Below, one piece after another: positions 1-9,908 of a DNA stretch of 64,000 nt; positions within the stretch are counted from its first letter, which is position 1; each line of letters begins with the position of its first letter. The translations under genes and the position numbers were made by a program. Origin of the DNA: an uncultured delta proteobacterium (lineage in GTDB: Bacteria > Desulfobacterota > Desulfobacteria > Desulfobacterales > JAHEIW01); the NCBI GenBank assembly GCA_963706575.1, contig CAVPNL010000006.1:416001-480000 (forward strand), written 5' to 3'. Below the pieces are notes generated by a model. That model saw only the letters and a list, made by a program, of their open reading frames with translations. It searched no databases and had not been told where the DNA came from.

Positions 1-204
1 AAAAAGGGCTTCCAGCTCTGCGCTTTCAGCACCCGTGCGCACCAGATCGGCCGATGCGCGACTGCCCAGCAAAAGGTTTACCGCATTGAGGATAATGGAT
101 TTGCCGGCACCGGTTTCTCCGCTGAGAATGGTCAGGCCCGGGGAAAAACCGATTTGCAGATCATCGATAATGGCAAAATTTCGAATGGAAAGCTCTTTTA
201 GCAT
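1..204 (-). CDS. recN: DNA repair protein RecN, N-terminal part (runs off the window start)
   Basis: Manual translation from ATG at 204: MLKELSIRNFAIIDDLQIGFSPGLTILSGETGAGKSIILNAVNLLLGSRASADLVRTGAESAELEAL. This is the RecN N-terminus with Walker A GETGAGKS. Confidence 0.93.
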   Translation of the reverse strand, partial: MLKELSIRNFAIIDDLQIGFSPGLTILSGETGAGKSIILNAVNLLLGSRASADLVRTGAESAELEALF

Positions 205-293
205 TTGAAGGATTTATGGCATACCCCTTGAGGTTTGTAAAGCAGATTGGCGGCCGCCGGGCATGGGTGATAAGCTGCTGATACCGGTCCTGT

Positions 294-1856
294 TTATTTG
301 GGATACCCTGTGATTTCTCGGATGCGCTCATACAATGGTTTCAGTCGCCGATACATCTTTTTGTAAACTTCATGGTAAAGCGCATCATATAAGGCATGGT
401 TTTTTTGATCGGGTTCAAAGACTTCGCCGATGTGCGTCATGGCATCAACAGCGGTTTTAAAATCCGGATGTAGATCCAATCCCACGGCAGCATCGATGGC
501 CGCCCCCAGACCGGAGGTCTCATAAATATGGGGTTTGACGGTGGGCAGACCGAATATATCGGCGGTTAGCTGAAGCGCACTGCGGCTCTGGCTGCCGCCG
601 CCCGATACCCGCAGGGCGGTTATTGCAGTGCCACTGCGTTTTTCGATACGCTCTTTGCCTTCCCGCAGGGCATAGGCCAGTCCCTCTAAAATCGAGCGGT
701 ACAGATGGGCGCGGGTATGTAAGTCGCCGAAACCGATAATGGCGCCCTTGGCCTCCGGTCCCGGCATTTTGAGGCCGGGGGTCCAGTAGGGCTGGAGCAT
801 CAGTCCCATGGATCCCGGTGGAATGGCCTCCACCAGCTTATCAAAAAGGGCTTCCGGTGGGATTCCCTGGCGAGCGGCTTCCTGCTGTTCATGCTGGCCG
901 AATTGTTCTTTAAACCATTTGACCATCCAGTAGCCCCGGTAAACCTGAACTTCAATTGTGTAAAAGTTTGATACGGCTGATGGATAAGCGGGCAGCAGGG
1001 GAATGGGCTCGATATATTTTTTATGCGTGACGTTGATGGTGGCGGTGGTGCCGTAACTTAAACACCCGACGGACGATTCGAGGCTGCCGGAGCCGATAAC
1101 CTCGCAAGCCTTGTCAGCCGCCGCCGCGATCAACGGCAATCCTTGAGGAATTCCGGTTTCGCGAGCCGCAGCGGTGGTGATTTCACCCAGGAGCTCTCCC
1201 GGCGGGACCAGTTCGGGCAGCATGGCCGGATTTATTCCCGGTAAAACCCGCCATTTCCAGTCCCAGCTGGCTGACCAGCGCAAGCGCTTGTAGTCAAACG
1301 GGATATACGCCACCTGGCAACCAACGGAATCAACAAAATTACCGGTCAGCCGGTAGGTCAGGTAACCGGAAAGAAGCAAATATTTATGCGTGTTTCGCCA
1401 GATGTCCGGCTGATAGGTGCGGATCCAGTTGGCTTCGGCTTCCTGCTGTAGATAGGTAACTGTTTTCTTCAGGCGGGCAATTTTGAAAATTAATCCCCAG
1501 AGGCCGCTCACCGGCGGCAATCCGTAGGTTTTGCGCTGATCCAGCCACATCATCGCAGGGCGCAGCGGCTTTCCTTCTTTATCAACATTGACGACGCTTC
1601 CGCGCTGGGTGGTTAAGGCCACTCCGGCAACGCGATCTTTATCAACCTTGGGATGCTGCCAGACTCCCTGGCAGGCCTTGACCAGGGCCTGCCAGAATAT
1701 TTTCGGGTCTTGCTCCGCCCAGGCCGGTTGCTCCGAATAATAGGGGACAAAGGTCACGGCTTCTTTGGCCAACAGCTGCCCGGCGGCATCGAATATTAAC
1801 GCTTTAAGGCTTTGGGTTCCGTTGTCAATTGCCAGGATTAGATCTTGGGTTGTCAT
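294..1856 (-). CDS. FGGY-family carbohydrate kinase
   Basis: N-terminal [23 protein letters not shown] and VSGGGSQS motifs; 520 aa. Confidence 0.9.
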   Translation of the reverse strand: MTTQDLILAIDNGTQSLKALIFDAAGQLLAKEAVTFVPYYSEQPAWAEQDPKIFWQALVKACQGVWQHPKVDKDRVAGVALTTQRGSVVNVDKEGKPLRPAMMWLDQRKTYGLPPVSGLWGLIFKIARLKKTVTYLQQEAEANWIRTYQPDIWRNTHKYLLLSGYLTYRLTGNFVDSVGCQVAYIPFDYKRLRWSASWDWKWRVLPGINPAMLPELVPPGELLGEITTAAARETGIPQGLPLIAAAADKACEVIGSGSLESSVGCLSYGTTATINVTHKKYIEPIPLLPAYPSAVSNFYTIEVQVYRGYWMVKWFKEQFGQHEQQEAARQGIPPEALFDKLVEAIPPGSMGLMLQPYWTPGLKMPGPEAKGAIIGFGDLHTRAHLYRSILEGLAYALREGKERIEKRSGTAITALRVSGGGSQSRSALQLTADIFGLPTVKPHIYETSGLGAAIDAAVGLDLHPDFKTAVDAMTHIGEVFEPDQKNHALYDALYHEVYKKMYRRLKPLYERIREITGYPK

Positions 1857-1867
1857 ATTAAGCCTTG

Positions 1868-1993
1868 GTGTCAGGATTCAATGATTGAGGAATTCAGGAA
1901 TTCAGGGATTTAGGAATTAGAATGACACAATACCTTCAATACCTAAATTCCTGAATTCGCAATTCCTAAATTTAACTGCTGACACCTGAAACC
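1868..1993. repeat. Nested palindromic short-tandem-repeat element: octamer arms (TTCAGGAA/TTCCTGAA-like) inside GGTGTCAG...CTGACACC arms
   Basis: ttgaggaa ttcaggaa ttcaggga tttaggaa ... atacctaa attcctga attcgcaa ttcctaaa, flanked by ggtgtcag and ctgacacc. Confidence 0.75.
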
Positions 1994-2016
1994 CACTAAT
2001 TTGCGCGTCGCGCAAA

Positions 2017-3717
2017 TTAGTTAGGATTACTCCCCCACCGTTTAGGCCAAATTTTAGCTGCAATCCTATTGAACCATTGGGCAATGGCAGCAAATGGGTT
2101 GAAGATCTTTATCCTTTTTGGGATGGTGCCCTGTAGCGGCAGCGCATGGGAACAGCTCCACTGGTCGAGATACATGGCAATTTCTTCTTTCCAGCGTTTG
2201 TTGTCCCAGGGCAGCGCCGGTTGGCATAGGGCCCGGATTCGTTTCAGATGTTCTTTACCGCCTTGAGGGGTCAGCAGGCCGATACGCACTCTTCTCAAAA
2301 GCAGGTCTCCCAGATGGCGCACCCGCTCGTTTGCGGCCACGAACGGCAACTCGGCCCACAGGGTGTGGGTGGCGGGAATTTGCTCTAAATCCCGCGCCTC
2401 TGCCGCTTGCACCAAATCATCCGCTCTTTGGCCGTAACGGCCGTAAAGCCGTCGCCAGACGGCGTCGGCCAAGCCGAAATTATGAACCGCTTTATCCGGT
2501 GGTCTGGCAAAGAGCGGTTTGTGCTTATCCGAGAATTTTTGAGATACTACAAACGGTTTGGCGGCCTTGAGGGCATCCCAGGCTAAACGACGGAACGTCG
2601 TCAGTTTTCCGCCCGTGACGGTCACCAGGCCCTGATCCACCCAGACAACATGTTCGCGTGATTCCTCCGAAGGAGACAGCCGGCCATCGCTTAAGATGGG
2701 TCGCAAGCCGGCAAATGCGGAAATACAGTCATTTAAGGAAATATCCAGTGATGGAAATAGGGTGTTCAGGCCCTCAAGCAGATAAGCGATTTCGCCCTCG
2801 GTAATAGTGGGCTCGAGGGAGAGGTCCGTTTTGTGATCCAGATCGGTGGTCCCGACCAGAACGGCGCCCTCCCAGGGCAAAACAAAGATGGTGCGGTTGT
2901 CTCGCGGATGAACAAAGCAGACGCCGACGTTGATCGGCAGCGCCTCGGCTGAAAATACGAGATGGCTGCCGCGCAGGGGACGCAGGTGGCGGCCGGGTTC
3001 AGGTGAGGGATGAAGCGTTTCAGCCCAGCAACCGGTGGCATTAATGACCAGCGGGGTTTCAAGTGTTCTGGCTTCGCGGGTTTCGGTATCCTCGATTTTG
3101 ACGCCGACTACATCGCCGCTGTCATTGCGCAAAATATCGATGGCGGCAGTGTAGTTCAAGGCACCGGCACCGGCGGCGACCGATTCATTGATCAGGCGCA
3201 GCACCAGCCGCGAATCGTCAACCTGGGCGTCATAAAAGAAAAATCCACCCTTCAGGCCCTGCTGTCGGGCATAGGGCATACGCCGGTAAAATTCGGTTTT
3301 TTCGAGAAAGCGGTGCTGGTGTTCACGGGCCATCAGGTCATACAACGACAGACCGATTTTAAGGGTGCGCTTGCCGGGACGCTGATGCTCGTATACCGGC
3401 AGCAAAAACTCCAGGGGCTCGACCAGTCCGGGGACTTCTTTCAGCAGATGCTCCCGTTCTTCAACCGCCATCTTTGTGAGCAAAAAATGTCCTTCCTTCA
3501 GGTAACGCAAACCGCCGTGGACCAGCTTCGAAGAGCGGCTGGAGGTTCCCCAGGCAAAGTCCTTTTGCTCCACCAGAAGCGCCTGCAACCCCATATTGGT
3601 GGCTTCGCGCAGTATCCCGGCGCCGGTTATACCGCCGCCGATAACCACAAGATCCCAGTGTGGTGCAATGTTGTTTATGTTCATTTCCAAATTCATTGCG
3701 GTTATTGTCCGGTTCAA
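2017..3717 (-). CDS. FAD-dependent glycerol-3-phosphate dehydrogenase/oxidase (GlpD-like); true start may be ATG 3696 or 3684
   Basis: GGGITGAG FAD motif, GTSSRSSKLVHGGLRYL, GTTD, AGLRP and GGKLTTFR. Confidence 0.9.
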   Translation of the reverse strand: MNRTITAMNLEMNINNIAPHWDLVVIGGGITGAGILREATNMGLQALLVEQKDFAWGTSSRSSKLVHGGLRYLKEGHFLLTKMAVEEREHLLKEVPGLVEPLEFLLPVYEHQRPGKRTLKIGLSLYDLMAREHQHRFLEKTEFYRRMPYARQQGLKGGFFFYDAQVDDSRLVLRLINESVAAGAGALNYTAAIDILRNDSGDVVGVKIEDTETREARTLETPLVINATGCWAETLHPSPEPGRHLRPLRGSHLVFSAEALPINVGVCFVHPRDNRTIFVLPWEGAVLVGTTDLDHKTDLSLEPTITEGEIAYLLEGLNTLFPSLDISLNDCISAFAGLRPILSDGRLSPSEESREHVVWVDQGLVTVTGGKLTTFRRLAWDALKAAKPFVVSQKFSDKHKPLFARPPDKAVHNFGLADAVWRRLYGRYGQRADDLVQAAEARDLEQIPATHTLWAELPFVAANERVRHLGDLLLRRVRIGLLTPQGGKEHLKRIRALCQPALPWDNKRWKEEIAMYLDQWSCSHALPLQGTIPKRIKIFNPFAAIAQWFNRIAAKIWPKRWGSNPN

Positions 3718-3893
3718 AGTTTAGTGTTGCCACAAGGGCATCCGGAACAAACCCTCTGTGCTGGTCGTCAGTTTATATGCTCCCATTTCAAATATTCGGC
3801 TAAAACAGTCGTTTTCTTAACTTTTTTTTGCCAGCCGGCTCTCCATTTTTTCTTTTGGACGGGTGCGTTTCTTCTGATTTTTTCTACCGGACG

Positions 3894-5492
3894 TTACGGC
3901 AGCAATTTGCCCGGATTCATTTGCCGGTGGGGATCCAGATAACTGAAGACCTGAAAGAGGGTGTTTATTCCAATGGGTCCTTTTTCGGCTTCCAGATAAG
4001 GCGAATGGTCCTTGCCGACGCCATGATGATGGCTGATGGTTCCCCCGGCTTCTACAATTGCCCGGCTGGCTGCCCGTTTCAGTGTCCGCCAGCGTTCAAG
4101 GGTCTTTTGCGGGGTGCCGGCCAGACGAAAGACAAACGTGGTATAGATACTTGATCCGGTGGCATAAACGTGCGAAAGGTGGCTAAATGCCAGGATGCGA
4201 TCATTCGTGGGCTCCAGAGCCTGGGCCAGCTCGTTTTCGACGCCAACCATTGTATCCGTTACCTTATCCCAGTTCACCGCTGTTTCCAGGGTATCAACAG
4301 CATAACCCAGATCCCAGAGGGTATTGCGCAAATATGCCGATCGAAATCGATTTTTTTTCCAGGCGTTTCCGATGCGTTTGCCAACCGCAATGCCCTTGAA
4401 GCGGCCAATGATCGAGCCGGCTTCATTTCTTGCGCCCCGGGCTTGTCTTGCAGATCCGATATAGCCAATCAGACACATACAGGCGGCATTCGGATCGATA
4501 CCGCGTAATTTCAAATAACGCTTGAGCCATTTGATCTGCTGCTCATGTCCGGCCAGGGCAAGATTGACCCGCGTCTCCTGCGGATTGCTCAGCCGGACCA
4601 TGGAGAGTGGAATTTTAGATTGAGCCAGTGTTTGCACCGCCTGGCAGGCATGATTCCAGGAAGGAAAAAATATCCCATGGATTTCGTTGACATCCGGCAA
4701 CGGTGAAATTCTGACGATGACTCGGGTTAAGATCCCCATTCGTCCTTCAGATCCCAGAACCAGATGACGGATATCCGGACCGGCCGCCGAAGCCGGAAAC
4801 GGCGGCAGTTTCAACTGACCCTTAAATGTGGAGATCTCTCCGCCCGCAAAAAGCTGTTCGATCCTGCCGTAATGCCTGGATTGCTGACCGCTGGAGCGGG
4901 TGGTAACCCAGCCACCCAGCGTGGAATATTCGAAACTCTGCGGAAAGTGACCCAGGGTGAACCCTTTTGAATTGAGATGCTTTTCAAGTTCGGGGCCGAG
5001 TATCCCGGCTTCAAATGTTGCCAGCAAATTGCTTTCTTCAATGCCGATCAGGCGGTTTAGACCACTCAACGCAATACTGAGCACCGGCCGCTCTTCTGTT
5101 TCATAAATTTCAAGATGACCCGCAACGCTGGTACCGCCGCCATACGGGATGACGATGGCGTTGTGATCGGTTGCGTATGCCAGCAAAGCCTGGATGTCTT
5201 CTCCGGTTTTGGGCCGGGCCACGCCATCGGGAAAATGCGCAAGGATGCCTCCGCGCAACCGAATCCAATCCGGCAGACTCTGCCCGTGGGCACACTCAAG
5301 CCGTTGGCGCGGGTCTGCGGTCACCAGCGGATGTCGCGGCAGTCGCGGTGCCGGTATGCGTACTAGAAATTTATCCAGGGGGTAATCCGGGCATACCGTT
5401 CCGTCGCCGATTTGCTGCTTTAAAAGGGCCAGGCCGCTGTCAGACAATCCAATCTGAATGGAATCATCTCCCCACCCGTTCCATCGACGCAA
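3894..5492 (-). CDS. FAD-binding oxidoreductase, alkyl-dihydroxyacetonephosphate synthase (AGPS)-like
   Basis: PYGGGTSV, GHFPQSFEYSTLGGWVTTRSSGQQSRHYGRIE, GSEGRMG, SHLSHVY, GGTISHHHGVG and MNPGKL; VAO/PCMH fold with the AGPS-type HHH motif. Confidence 0.85.
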   Translation of the reverse strand: MRRWNGWGDDSIQIGLSDSGLALLKQQIGDGTVCPDYPLDKFLVRIPAPRLPRHPLVTADPRQRLECAHGQSLPDWIRLRGGILAHFPDGVARPKTGEDIQALLAYATDHNAIVIPYGGGTSVAGHLEIYETEERPVLSIALSGLNRLIGIEESNLLATFEAGILGPELEKHLNSKGFTLGHFPQSFEYSTLGGWVTTRSSGQQSRHYGRIEQLFAGGEISTFKGQLKLPPFPASAAGPDIRHLVLGSEGRMGILTRVIVRISPLPDVNEIHGIFFPSWNHACQAVQTLAQSKIPLSMVRLSNPQETRVNLALAGHEQQIKWLKRYLKLRGIDPNAACMCLIGYIGSARQARGARNEAGSIIGRFKGIAVGKRIGNAWKKNRFRSAYLRNTLWDLGYAVDTLETAVNWDKVTDTMVGVENELAQALEPTNDRILAFSHLSHVYATGSSIYTTFVFRLAGTPQKTLERWRTLKRAASRAIVEAGGTISHHHGVGKDHSPYLEAEKGPIGINTLFQVFSYLDPHRQMNPGKLLP

Positions 5493-5519
5493 GCTTTTCT
5501 CCTTTCAAATATTACCGGA

Positions 5520-6533
5520 TTATTTTTGAAAAGCATTTTGAGCGCGGGCGATTTCCCCCACAGATCCCATGACGATCAGGGTCATTCCCGCAGTGAGCAC
5601 CTGTTCGGGTGGCTGGTTAAATTCAATTTCATTGTCCTCGTCTTTAGACCCCAACACCAGCAGACCGTAGCGTTGTTTTAAGCCGCATGCGCGGATTTCT
5701 TTCCGGTTGAACTTTGAATTCTCTGAAACCGTTAATTCATGAATTCTGAGGTTTCCCCGGCTCGAGCGCAGCATACGATCCAGGAAATCCACCGCCGTCG
5801 GCCGGATCATTTCTGATGCCATGCGCAGCGCGCCGATCGCATTGGGGCACACCACGGCATCGGCCCCGGCCTTGATCAGCTTGGGTTCCAGATGCGGATT
5901 GGTCATGCGGCTGATAATGCGAAGATTCTTATTGAGCATCCGGGCGGTCATGGTCACATAAAGGGTGTCCTTGTCAGACGGCAGCGTGATGATGATCCCC
6001 GCTGCCCGTTCGATGCCGGCGGTGAACAGGTTTTCATCATCGGTGGCATCTCCCTGGATATAAAGCAGTTCGCATATTTCCTTGCAGCGTTCGATTCCTT
6101 CTGTATTTTCCTCGATCAACACAGCCACCTGGTTGTTTTTGCACAGTTCGGTAATCACCCCGCTGCCGGTTTGGCCCCCACCGCAGACGATATAATGATC
6201 GGATAATTTATTAATGTGCTTTGCCATTCTTTTTTTCCTTAAAATTCCTGAAAGTTCTCCTTCTAAAAACAAAGCTGTCAGGGAGCTGATGCCGTAAAGA
6301 ATTACACCCATGCCGAAGGTAATCAACAGCATCGTAAATATCTGGGCCGAATCGTTTCCCGTAACCTCTAAGACCTCACCGTAGCCGACCGTGGTCAGGG
6401 AAACCACCGTCATGTAAACACAATCCAAAAATTTGGGCTCGCGATTAAAAATAATATAATAGCCGGTGCTGCCGGCCATAATGACCAAAAAAATTAAAAC
6501 CAGCAAATAATATAAACGTTTGCGTATGCTCAT
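5520..6533 (-). CDS. Potassium channel protein with RCK (TrkA-N/TrkA-C) domains
   Basis: Two TM helices with TTVGYGE selectivity filter, IVCGGGQTG Rossmann motif, GDAT. Confidence 0.92.
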   Translation of the reverse strand: MSIRKRLYYLLVLIFLVIMAGSTGYYIIFNREPKFLDCVYMTVVSLTTVGYGEVLEVTGNDSAQIFTMLLITFGMGVILYGISSLTALFLEGELSGILRKKRMAKHINKLSDHYIVCGGGQTGSGVITELCKNNQVAVLIEENTEGIERCKEICELLYIQGDATDDENLFTAGIERAAGIIITLPSDKDTLYVTMTARMLNKNLRIISRMTNPHLEPKLIKAGADAVVCPNAIGALRMASEMIRPTAVDFLDRMLRSSRGNLRIHELTVSENSKFNRKEIRACGLKQRYGLLVLGSKDEDNEIEFNQPPEQVLTAGMTLIVMGSVGEIARAQNAFQK

Positions 6534-6623
6534 AGCATTCAGAATTGCTTTTCGAAATGGCGTCTGCCCGAATAGGAAGCAATTAAGATTCTATACCAGT
6601 CATATAGAGGGTGTAAAGGATTT

Positions 6624-6640
6624 TAGAACCCATCTCAAAA
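6624..6640. repeat. Lone terminal-inverted-repeat end TAGAACCCATCTCAAAA, same family as the ends of the 37270/50107 element
   Basis: Near-match to TAGAACCGATCTCTAAA (50107) and to the reverse complement of TTTTGAGATAGCTTCTA (50390-50406). Confidence 0.5.
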
Positions 6641-6745
6641 TGTCTTTTGGCCCCATAGTTAGGCCGATTTAAAATCTTTACAAAGATTCAAGCATGATTT
6701 ACGTTAGAAATTCAGTACCCGCCTGACCTTAATAGCGTATCATTT

Positions 6746-6872
6746 TAGAAGTGGTTTCAAAACCCCATCTAAGGCCCAATGGCTGCGTTGCCCCGCCAAT
6801 TGAAATACTCACGTTTCAATTGGCAGGACGCCTTGCCCTTGAACCTGATCTGTGGTTTTGAAACCACTTCTA
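6746..6872. mobile_element. MITE-like element, copy 1 (TIR TAGAAGTGGTTTCAAAACC)
   Basis: Perfect 19-bp terminal inverted repeats; a second, inverted copy at 7559-7718. Confidence 0.75.
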
Positions 6873-6916
6873 TGCTAAAATAGGCCGGGTGAAATTTTAG
6901 CGGCAACGAGGACGCA

Positions 6917-7561
6917 ATGGCGAATAATATCCCCCTGGTGATTGCCAGCGGAAATCCCGGGAAAATTACCGAAATTCGAGAACTGTTGGCCGGCTTTCCG
7001 ATTGAGATCAAAAGTCTGAATGATTTTGGACCCATCCCGGAAGTGCAAGAAGACGGTGAAACCTTTGACGAAAATGCCTATAAAAAAGCCAGCTTCGCGG
7101 CTAAAATACTGGGCATCCCGGCACTGGCCGATGATTCCGGCCTGGTGGTGGAAGCACTGGATGGCGCTCCCGGTGTTTTATCAGCACGTTATGCCGGTGA
7201 AAATGCCACCGATGAACAGCGGGTTGCCAAATTGCTCAAAGAGATGCAGGGCCAAACCCATCGCAAGGCGGCCTTTGAATGCGTGCTTTCCATCGCGGTT
7301 CCATCCGGTCCGGCCCTTACCTACGAGGCGCGCTGTGAGGGCCTGATTGCCCAGCAGCCGGCCGGTCAAAACGGCTTCGGGTACGATCCCATTTTCTTTT
7401 ACCCCCCCTTGAACAAAACCTTTGGGCAAATGACGATTGCAGAAAAAAGCCAGGTAAGCCACCGCGGCAAGGCACTCAATGAACTCAAACAGGAGGTTGA
7501 CAAGGTGCTGGCCTGGATCCGAAGGCATATGCCGCCCGAGGAAAGCTTTTTATACGATTAG
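6917..7561 (+). CDS. rdgB: Non-canonical purine NTP pyrophosphatase (XTP/dITP diphosphatase)
   Basis: SGNPGK, ENAYKKA, ADDSGL, PGVLSARYAG, GFGYDPIF and SHRGKA motifs. Confidence 0.95.
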   Translation: MANNIPLVIASGNPGKITEIRELLAGFPIEIKSLNDFGPIPEVQEDGETFDENAYKKASFAAKILGIPALADDSGLVVEALDGAPGVLSARYAGENATDEQRVAKLLKEMQGQTHRKAAFECVLSIAVPSGPALTYEARCEGLIAQQPAGQNGFGYDPIFFYPPLNKTFGQMTIAEKSQVSHRGKALNELKQEVDKVLAWIRRHMPPEESFLYD

Positions 7562-7718
7562 AAGTGGTTTCAAAACCTCAGATCAGGTTCAAGGGCAAGG
7601 CGCAGGCCGATCGAGAAAGTCGTTGTTCTCAGCATACATGATGGGCTAGTATGTGAGCATTTATCGGAGGCCGGCAACGCAGCCATTGGGCCTTAGATGG
7701 GATTTTGAAACCACTTCT
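7559..7718. mobile_element. MITE-like element, copy 2 (inverted relative to copy 1, overlaps the rdgB stop TAG)
   Basis: Same TIRs and shared sub-terminal blocks CAGATCAGGTTCAAGGGCAAGGCG and GGCAACGCAGCCATTGGGCCTTAGATGGG; the middle differs. Confidence 0.75.
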
Positions 7719-7816
7719 GGGCAGGGAGGCCTAAACTGATTGGCATCTTTGACCCTCCGGCGTTTAAATGATAGACTAAAAATTAATTTTGCGAAATTTT
7801 ATAAAGGAGAAAGGAT

Positions 7817-9781
7817 ATGGGACCTTTAAAGACTGTATCGACATCATAACGGAGCTAGGGCGGGATCAAAGATCTTAAAGCAGCGCAACAGGTATTTAAT
7901 GATACGATCGATGCGGAAAACCTGGACAAACTCAAGCGCATTCAGAATCCGGATGTTCTTAAAAAAATTGCCAATGCCATCATGCTCTGCAAACCCGACG
8001 CTGTTTTTATCGATACGGGATCGGAGGAAGACCGGCAATTTGTCAGAGAGCTTTCTTTGAAAAAAGGCGAAGAATCACCGCTGCCTATGCCCGGCCATAC
8101 GATTCATTATGATTTAAAACAGGAACAGGGCCGCATTATTGATCGGACGTTTTACATCCACAATCAAGGCGAAGAGGTCAGTTCTTTAGCACAAAAAAAA
8201 GATCGGACTGATGTGCTGGAAGACATCCGGGACAAAATGTCCGGAATCATGGCCGGCAAAACGATGATGGTCGGATTTTTCATAAGGGGCCCGGTGGGCG
8301 CGCCGGCAGCCAACCCGGCGCTTGAAATATCGAGCTCGACATATGTCATGCACAGCGCAGCCATTCTCTATCGCAATGTATATGCCGATTTTGATCAGGA
8401 AGTTGAAAAGCTCGGACATTTCTATGCCAACATCCACAGCGAAGGTTTGAACCGGCCCGAAGACCTGCCCAACGCACGGGTTTATATGGACCGCAGCCAC
8501 CTGACAACCTATAGCTTCAACTGCACCTATGCCGGCAACACCCTGTTGATGAAAAAAGGGAATCATCGCTTTTCGGTGGATCGATCCGTCTATGAAAAAA
8601 AGGGCGAGCAAATTGCCGAGCATATGTTTATCACCGGCATCGAGGGGCCCGGCGGGCGCATCACCTGGATGGTCGGTGCGGCACCCAGCGGCTGCGGCAA
8701 AACCACCTCTGCGATGGCCGGGGATCATTTTGTCGGTGATGACCTGGCGCAGCTGTGGATTGCAGACGATGGCACCGTGCGTTCGATTAATCCGGAATGC
8801 GGAATTTTTGGTATCGTCGAAGATGTTAACTGGGAAGGTGATCCGTATTTAATGAAATGTCTGCGCCATGAGGGTACCGAGGTCATCTGGTCCAATGTGC
8901 TCATTGATGAAAATGAGGTTCCCCAGTGGACAGGCAACGCGCAGGAGCCGCCGCCGGTCAAAGGCACCAATTTCCAGGGGCCCTGGGAACAGGGTATGGT
9001 AGACGAAAACGGCAAGGCCATCCCCATGTCGCACCCCAACTCGCGCTGCACGCTGTCCAACAGCGCTCTGGAAAACTATTCGGATAAAAATGAGGCACCT
9101 GAGGGGGTTGAGACCCGCATCATTACCTACAGCGGCCGTGATAGTGACACGATGCCGCCGGTCTGGGTGTCGAAAAACCCCGATGAGGGTGTTGTCATCG
9201 GCGCTTGCATTGTATCCGCTGCCACTGCCACCGAAGTCGGGGCCACCGGCGTTCGCCGACAGCCGTGGGCCAATGCGCCCTTTACCCCAGGATCATTGGG
9301 TGAATATATGGATGCGCAGTTTGTTTTCTTCAACAGTGACAAAATTGCCGACGATAAGCGTCCGATTCTATCGGGTCTCAACTACTTCCTGTCCGATGAG
9401 GCCAGAGGGGGCAGTTCCAAAAAATTGCTGGGTGAAAAAAAAGATGTCAAGGCCTGGATGGCCTGGCTGGAGCGACGCGCCCATCAGGAAATGGATGCCA
9501 TTGAAACGCCCATCGGTTATCTGCCAAAGTATGAAGATTTGAAGCGATTGTTTAAAGAACGTGTCGGCAAAGAATATTCAGAAGACCTTTATTTCAAACA
9601 GTTTTCTTTGTACATCGACAATATCGTTGCGCGGATTGATTTGCAGGTAGAGGCTTACGGTAAAGAACAACATATACCCGCGCGCTTATTTGATATACTG
9701 AAGAAGCAACGCGCTGAACTTACCGCGCTCAAGGAAAAATACGGGCCGATTGTGACACCTGCACAACTGCAAGGGAATTAA
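7817..9781 (+). CDS. pckG: Phosphoenolpyruvate carboxykinase (GTP); the 5' end has two compensating indels and the intact ORF runs from 7982
   Basis: YAGN, AEHM, GAAPSGCGKT, VGDDLA, INPECGIFG and HPNSR motifs; RBS AAAGGAG upstream of ATG 7817, in frame with 7982 but with TAA at 7847 and TAG at 7856. Confidence 0.88.
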
Positions 9782-9833
9782 CACCTGAGCGATGAAGCAT
9801 TGAGGGGTCGTGGAGTTTTTTCATTGCAAGCGC

Positions 9834-9882
9834 GTCATTCCCGCGAAGCCGGCCCCCGCGCAGACGGGGCGTGGGAATCCAG
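9834..9882. repeat. REP-like palindrome GTCATTCCCGCGAAG...GGGAATCCAG with a small inserted hairpin
   Basis: Same family as 12959-13022; interrupted by CCGGCCCCCGCGCAGACGGG. Confidence 0.65.
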
Positions 9883-9908
9883 GGTTTGTTCCGTCCTAAG
9901 AGGCACAC

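Noticed and set aside
3010..3942. 310-aa plus-strand ORF (and similar long shadow ORFs such as 17503-18216, 34649-35272, 54015-54581 and 60973-61539)
   Set aside because: They lie antisense to well-supported genes and have no recognisable motifs; they are explained by codon bias of the real gene
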